From Planctomycetota bacterium (GTDB lineage Bacteria > Planctomycetota > Planctomycetia > Pirellulales > Lacipirellulaceae): a stretch of 64,000 nucleotides of DNA. Position numbers and translations under genes: made by a program. The notes beneath the pieces were generated by a model. It saw nothing but the letters and a program-made list of their open reading frames with translations. It was not told the origin of the DNA and made no database searches. The stretch spans positions 8,863 through 72,862 of the forward strand of contig JBCCXZ010000013.1 of NCBI GenBank assembly GCA_039190745.1. The letters run 5' to 3'. Shown here one piece after another: positions 59,345 to 64,000 of this stretch (position 1 is its first letter; the number at the start of each line of letters is the position of its first letter).

Positions 59345-60916
59345 TCAGTAATCGACCGCTTCCTCACCGGCCCGCGTGAGGAGCTTGCGGAGCTGTTGGC
59401 CAAGCTTGCTCTTCTCCTCGATCACCTGCACGGAGCCGTCGCAGAAACCGAAGATCTGTGACTCTAAATCCGAGCGACGCAGGTAGTCCCAGGCGTTGGC
59501 GAGATCGACCTCCCAGTCGTCTGGTTTCGTCCAGATGACCGAACGCTCCGGCGGGACAATCGTCGTCAGGACCGTCATGCTCGTGCCGTCTTTCACGTCG
59601 CGGAAGGTCAAGTCCTGATCGCCCGGGAAGAGCGTCTCGGGGCCGTTCGGCACGACGATCATCGTGCGGCCGCTCTGGGCGAGCCTCAAGTGCGCGGGGT
59701 CTGGGTCGGCGTACATGTACGGCATCTCAGAGATCAACGCAAAGTTGTGCTCGCTGTCCCAGGGCTCGTCGTGACGGAAACGCTCGTAGAGCTCTTGCTC
59801 GTCGAGGTAAGGGAGCAGCCTGACGCGCCAGCTCAGGAGCGGCCGGCCGTCTTCGCTGAGCATCGCGGGGCGCGGGAAATGGCCACGCGCATCTGCGTGG
59901 TTCAAGAAGGCCAGTCCGATATGCTTCAGGCTGTTTATGCGGGTGGCTCGATAGGCCGATGCGCGGGCCGCCTCGACGGGCGGTTTGGCCAGGGCGACGA
60001 GTTTCTCTAGATCGCCCGTTTGCTGACTCAACTCCAAGACCACTGCCTTGTTCCGCAGCTCCGGCGTCAGTGCTTCGGCAATCTCGTCGCGGAACTCCTG
60101 CGACGGGAGCACGGAGTCGAGTTCTTTGGCCGTTCGCATGTAGTCCAACCCCACAATCGCCGCGGAGCGGACCGCGTCGGCCGAAGCCGAGTCGGCGGCC
60201 TGCACGTGCAGCACCAGGCCGGGCTCAGGAGGCAGCGCAAGCTCGATTCCTCCCCACTTCAGTTCGTCTGCAATCAGCCTACCCGTGAGAGATTCGAAAG
60301 GCTCCGGCAGGCGTGGGAACATCTCACGCACGACCCGACGGGTGTCTTTGCTGCCGAAAACTAGCAAGCCTGCGGCGCCGTTCCCCAGCGCCTTCCAGGC
60401 GTCGACCAGCTCGGCTCCTCGGTTGCCCTGAGCCTCCAGGAGTTGCTGAACTTGGTCGTCGTGGACGCCGGCCAGCAGCACGCCGTCGCGCTCGGCAAGT
60501 TTCAGCGGGGGTTCTCCGTCGCCGCCGGCCATGGCCATCAAACCCTTGAGCATCGCCTGCGCAGCGTTGGCGTCGCCGTTGGACCGCAGTGGAGCCACCA
60601 GCATCGGCCCCTGGTACTGGACCGCACTCGGACTGAGCAACGCGTAAACGCGCTCGATGCCGACCCCGCGGAAACCGTCGAGCATGCCGGTGGCCATCAA
60701 GAGTTGGCCCGTCATCCCCTCGCGCTGTTCGGGCGTCGTGACCCCGGTTTCTTCCGCCATGTCGGCCAGCGCGGCTAGGTCGATCGCCTCCAGATTGACG
60801 TACGCGATCGCGGCCACGTCATCGGTAATGTAGCGCTCGACCGCGGAGTGTTCCGCCCCGAGGCACCGCAAGCTGCAAACAAGCGCCGCCGCGGCAGCCA
60901 TCGTTTGAAATCGCAT
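59345..60916 (-). CDS. Secreted protein with C-terminal DUF1559 domain
   Basis: ARASA...NSLKHIGLAFLNH, LLSWRVRLLPYL, EPWDSEHN, DGTSMT, WTKPDD, FCDGSV. Confidence 0.82.
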   Translation of the reverse strand: MRFQTMAAAAALVCSLRCLGAEHSAVERYITDDVAAIAYVNLEAIDLAALADMAEETGVTTPEQREGMTGQLLMATGMLDGFRGVGIERVYALLSPSAVQYQGPMLVAPLRSNGDANAAQAMLKGLMAMAGGDGEPPLKLAERDGVLLAGVHDDQVQQLLEAQGNRGAELVDAWKALGNGAAGLLVFGSKDTRRVVREMFPRLPEPFESLTGRLIADELKWGGIELALPPEPGLVLHVQAADSASADAVRSAAIVGLDYMRTAKELDSVLPSQEFRDEIAEALTPELRNKAVVLELSQQTGDLEKLVALAKPPVEAARASAYRATRINSLKHIGLAFLNHADARGHFPRPAMLSEDGRPLLSWRVRLLPYLDEQELYERFRHDEPWDSEHNFALISEMPYMYADPDPAHLRLAQSGRTMIVVPNGPETLFPGDQDLTFRDVKDGTSMTVLTTIVPPERSVIWTKPDDWEVDLANAWDYLRRSDLESQIFGFCDGSVQVIEEKSKLGQQLRKLLTRAGEEAVDY

Positions 60917-60934
60917 CGATCGGGCTCCTGGGTC

Positions 60935-60964
60935 TCTGTGTTTATCTGCGTTCATCTGTGGCTA
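60935..60964. repeat. Single arm of the CACAGATGAA repeat family
   Basis: TCTGTGTTTATCTGCGTTCATCTGTGGCTA; a weaker copy lies at about 62481-62509. Confidence 0.7.
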
Positions 60965-62467
60965 TTCTCCCTCTGCAAGCGTCAGCTCGAACCGCCGCCC
61001 GACGCCGGGGAAGCCATCGCTCATGGGCTGTTCCACAACCGCGGTGTCTCGCTCCAGGCGGTAGCGGTAGTCTTTGCCCGTGGCGGGGTTCTTGGGCAGC
61101 GGCACGATGGTCACGTCATCGAGCGACGCGGGCCAGCCGCCATTCTCCGCGGCGTGCATGCGGAGTGCCTCAACGAGCCGCAGGGCGTTCATGTCCCACT
61201 GCATGCGAACCTCCGCGGTCCGCGCGGCTTCGACCGCCGGGAGTAGGAGCGATGCCACGATCGCCCCGTAGTTGCCGAGGGAATTACCCGCCTGGTCGAA
61301 GACGTCGTTCAACTCCTCCGCACGGGCGCGGGCTTCCCGCCAGGGCACGTAGAGCCACTTCTCGGCCTCATCGGCGACCCGCCGGAACTCTCGGTGACCG
61401 TCCAGTAGGATGACCTGCCCAACGGCCATTGCTTCAACGAGTGCCGGATCGATTCCTGAAGCGAGCAGGCGCTGTTTCGCCGAGGGGTACATCACGAGCG
61501 CTGCTCCTGTGGTGGCGAGCCCTAGCAGCGCTCTTTCCTGATGCACCAAAGCGGTCTTCACCCCGCCGGAGACAAGGCCGAGCGTTTCATCAACCGCTTC
61601 ATTGAACAACCTAGCCCACTCTTCTGGCGAGTGTTCGGCGTTCTCTGCCTCATCCATCGCGGGGACGAGGCGAGAACCCAAAGACATCTCGAACCGTGTC
61701 GCCCGCCGCAGGTCGATCGGCTGCACTTCGCCTAGCGCCCAATAGAGGTTGGGGGAACCGGGCGATGCCGCAAGGTCGACGGCGTTGGCAGTGGTTACGC
61801 CGTGGATGGCCAGCCCCACCAGCCCGTTCACAAGCGTCTCGCCCGTCGCGACATCCTGACCGAGGCGGTAGTTCATCCTCATCAGGTCGATTGCGTCTTC
61901 GTACCGACCCTCGGCGATCGCCAACCGCGTCTGCAGTGCAACCGCCCGGCAGAGCGAACGCATCTCCTGCGTCGCGGGGAGCAGGAACGCGATCGTGTCC
62001 AGCCCGCTCATCTCAGCGAGGTCGAATCCGAGATCGCAATCGCGCCGTTCGGTTCCGCGGCGCACGAATTGGTTAACGACCGTGTCGAAAGCTGCGGCCG
62101 CCTTCCGCATGTCGTCCATCGGCAGGTCTTCGATGGGGACGGACGTGCCGTACCAGTCGTCGACCGCCTCGCCGTACTTGGTCCGGACGCCTTTCCAGCT
62201 GCCCCGGAGGGTGTTCTCCGCCATCGAGCGGAAGTAGTGCGTGGCTGCGTTGCCACGTTTGAGCTTGTGCTCCGGCAAGACCAACCGGTGCTTGAGCGCG
62301 GGGACGGGCTCCGCGGCGGGCGTGACCGTCATCCGATACACCATAATCGTGCCGCCGTCGACTTCTTCTTCCGCGGTCACGAGCCCCGCGCGGGTCGATA
62401 TCGGCCAGCTAACGACCAGGCAAGCCAGGCTGAGACTCCGAATCCAGCAAGACGCGCTTCCCAACAT
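60962..62467 (-). CDS. Secreted hypothetical protein
   Basis: Signal peptide; 501-aa helical ORF; C-terminal EALRMHAAENGGWPASL..PKNPATGKDYRY. Confidence 0.8.
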   Translation of the reverse strand: MLGSASCWIRSLSLACLVVSWPISTRAGLVTAEEEVDGGTIMVYRMTVTPAAEPVPALKHRLVLPEHKLKRGNAATHYFRSMAENTLRGSWKGVRTKYGEAVDDWYGTSVPIEDLPMDDMRKAAAAFDTVVNQFVRRGTERRDCDLGFDLAEMSGLDTIAFLLPATQEMRSLCRAVALQTRLAIAEGRYEDAIDLMRMNYRLGQDVATGETLVNGLVGLAIHGVTTANAVDLAASPGSPNLYWALGEVQPIDLRRATRFEMSLGSRLVPAMDEAENAEHSPEEWARLFNEAVDETLGLVSGGVKTALVHQERALLGLATTGAALVMYPSAKQRLLASGIDPALVEAMAVGQVILLDGHREFRRVADEAEKWLYVPWREARARAEELNDVFDQAGNSLGNYGAIVASLLLPAVEAARTAEVRMQWDMNALRLVEALRMHAAENGGWPASLDDVTIVPLPKNPATGKDYRYRLERDTAVVEQPMSDGFPGVGRRFELTLAEGE

Positions 62468-62521
62468 CTCACACCCCTCCTCTGCGTTTAGTTCTGTTCA
62501 TCTGCGGTTCGGGCTGCCCAC

Positions 62522-63055
62522 TTACGAAGCGTCCGAGGGCAACAACTCGGAGAGGATCTCCCGGCTGCTCTTCGGCCCGCCTTCCGGCTCGACCGCGAGC
62601 CGCGCCGGGCGGGAGTAGTCGACCCACTGCGAGCGCAGCGCGCGTTCGCGGAGCGCGAGGAACGGGGCCTCGTCCGACCAAACCCGCACCGGGAGCCGTA
62701 CAACCGCCGGCGTTGCAACGATGGTCTCAGGAGGCGATGTATATGTGGGAGGGCTCTCCGAGCCCGATTCCGTGCTGCTTGCCAACGCGGCTTCCGACCG
62801 CAAATCGCGGGCTGGCTGCAGCCACAACACCGTGGCCAAGCAAGCCGCCGCCGCGGCGCTGAGCGGCAAGCCGATCGCCCGCAGCGGGCCGCCTCTGCGC
62901 AGTTCGCGCTGAGCCGCCGCGTATCCGGCTTGGTACATCACCGCGTCGCGGTCAACGCCTGCCTTTGGCAACGCCGCCAGCCGCAGACGCTGCTCCAGAT
63001 TGCTCAGTCCTGCCGGCAGGGCGTCTGGCCCGCCTTCTTTTCTGTCTCGAGGCAT
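62522..63055 (-). CDS. Putative single-TM anti-sigma factor
   Basis: Overlaps the ECF gene 3' end; LEQRLR, DRDAVMYQAG, TM AAAAACLATVLW. Confidence 0.6.
   Translation of the reverse strand: MPRDRKEGGPDALPAGLSNLEQRLRLAALPKAGVDRDAVMYQAGYAAAQRELRRGGPLRAIGLPLSAAAAACLATVLWLQPARDLRSEAALASSTESGSESPPTYTSPPETIVATPAVVRLPVRVWSDEAPFLALRERALRSQWVDYSRPARLAVEPEGGPKSSREILSELLPSDAS
62744..62769. repeat. Single REP arm inside a CDS (copy 5)
   Basis: TGTGGGAGGGCTCTCCGAGCCCGATT. Confidence 0.8.
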
Positions 63056-63528
63056 GACTCCTCCAACAACGCTTTGAGCCGCTTCAGCGCGGCCGCGTAT
63101 CGACGGTGGGCGGTGCTCGACGACGTGCCGACCAAACCCGCCACTTCTTCCCAGCTCAAACCACTCCACACACGCAGGACGATCAGCTCTCGGTCCTCAG
63201 GGCCGAGCCGATCGACCGCTGCGAGCAGCTCCGCGTTCTCCGCTTCGGCCCCGTCCTCGGTCGCCTCCGGTCGCAGCCTTAGGGCCTCCTGCTCACGCCG
63301 GACGCGGCGACGCTGCGATCTTGCCGCGTTGAGCGCGCGGTTCCGCACAACGCGGTACAACCAGCCCGTAACACTCTCTGGCTCTTCGGAGAGCCCGGCC
63401 AATTCGACGAACGCTTCCTGAACGCAGTCGTCGGGGGCGGTCGTCCACTGGGCGGCGTAGAACGCGAGCGCATCGGCGTGCCGATCCATCAGCTCCGCAA
63501 TCCGAGATGCGCCGATCGTCGGCCGCAT
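63004..63528 (-). CDS. ECF RNA polymerase sigma factor
   Basis: DDCVQEAFVEL, WLYRVVRNRALN (region 2), RELIVLRVWSGLSWEEVA...STAHRRY (region 4). Confidence 0.88.
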   Translation of the reverse strand: MRPTIGASRIAELMDRHADALAFYAAQWTTAPDDCVQEAFVELAGLSEEPESVTGWLYRVVRNRALNAARSQRRRVRREQEALRLRPEATEDGAEAENAELLAAVDRLGPEDRELIVLRVWSGLSWEEVAGLVGTSSSTAHRRYAAALKRLKALLEESCLETEKKAGQTPCRQD

Positions 63529-63697
63529 AAGGCTCCCTGTGGCAAGCGTGTTTACAGAAAGAACACCGCCCGGGCTCCAGCTTCCCAAGAAAAGCCGCCC
63601 GATGCCACGAGAAGCCCGTCAGAGCAGAGATCAAGTCCCAGAATCAAGCCCCGTTCGGGCTACGTCACTCGGGATTCGATGTCTGAGTCAAACGGCA

Positions 63698-63770
63698 TGT
63701 GGGAGGCCTCTCCGAGGCCGATGACTGTTTCCAATGCCAAGCGAAATCGGGCTCGGAGAGCCCTCCCACA
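63698..63770. repeat. REP doublet, copy 6
   Basis: TGTGGGAGGCCTCTCCGAGGCCGAT ... ATCGGGCTCGGAGAGCCCTCCCACA. Confidence 0.9.
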
Positions 63771-63821
63771 TAGAGAAGAGAGAGCAGCCGGTTCCTTACG
63801 AACCCGATTCGTTGCCCAAGC

Positions 63822-63908
63822 CTAGTAGGCGTTTTCCTGCCGCAGGACGACCGCGGCGGTCCGCAGCAGGATTTTGATGTCCATCCAGAGCGACCACTCG
63901 CGGATGTC
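63822..63908 (-). pseudogene. Orphan 3' end of a WcaJ/WbaP-type sugar transferase gene
   Basis: Translates DIREWSLWMDIKILLRTAAVVLRQENAY-stop; in-frame TGA immediately upstream, then AT-rich unrelated DNA. Confidence 0.75.
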
Positions 63909-64000
63909 TCAATTCCCATATCTCTAATCTTTGAGATGGTATAGAGTCAGCTGTATTTAGAATCGCCTCGTAAACTCTGTGATCAGTCACTGGATCAAGC

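Overview
GC-rich bacterial chromosome window. Gene content (PEP-CTERM protein with a dockerin-like tail, PQQ-like beta-propellers, DUF1559/DUF1571-type proteins, membrane Ser/Thr kinase, FHA-GAF histidine kinase) points to a planctomycete, probably Pirellulales; this is inference. Most of it is core genome: an FAD/Fe-S oxidoreductase-moaD-moaE-moaA-cysteine desulfurase operon, HU/IHF, pyrD-trpS-acpS, topA, glgB, skp-lpxC-lpxA plus a GnnA-like dehydrogenase, and an ECF sigma cluster. The most notable locus is a co-directional type II fatty-acid-like cluster at 37716-43864 (KS, ACP, two CrtI/phytoene-desaturase-like flavoproteins, FabZ, FabI) next to an OleA-type thiolase-fold enzyme. It is a candidate Pfa-independent pathway for polyunsaturated acyl chains or polyolefins. 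Other oddities: an acylphosphatase read in frame into an ABC-2 permease, RNase H and peptidase C26 homologues lacking catalytic residues, a tandem MshEN-like protein, several families of REP-like repeats (one embedded in a CDS), and an orphan sugar-transferase 3' end beside AT-rich DNA at the right edge, suggesting an island junction. No rRNA, tRNA, CRISPR array, transposase or integrase was recognised. All family assignments are from motif recognition, not database searches.
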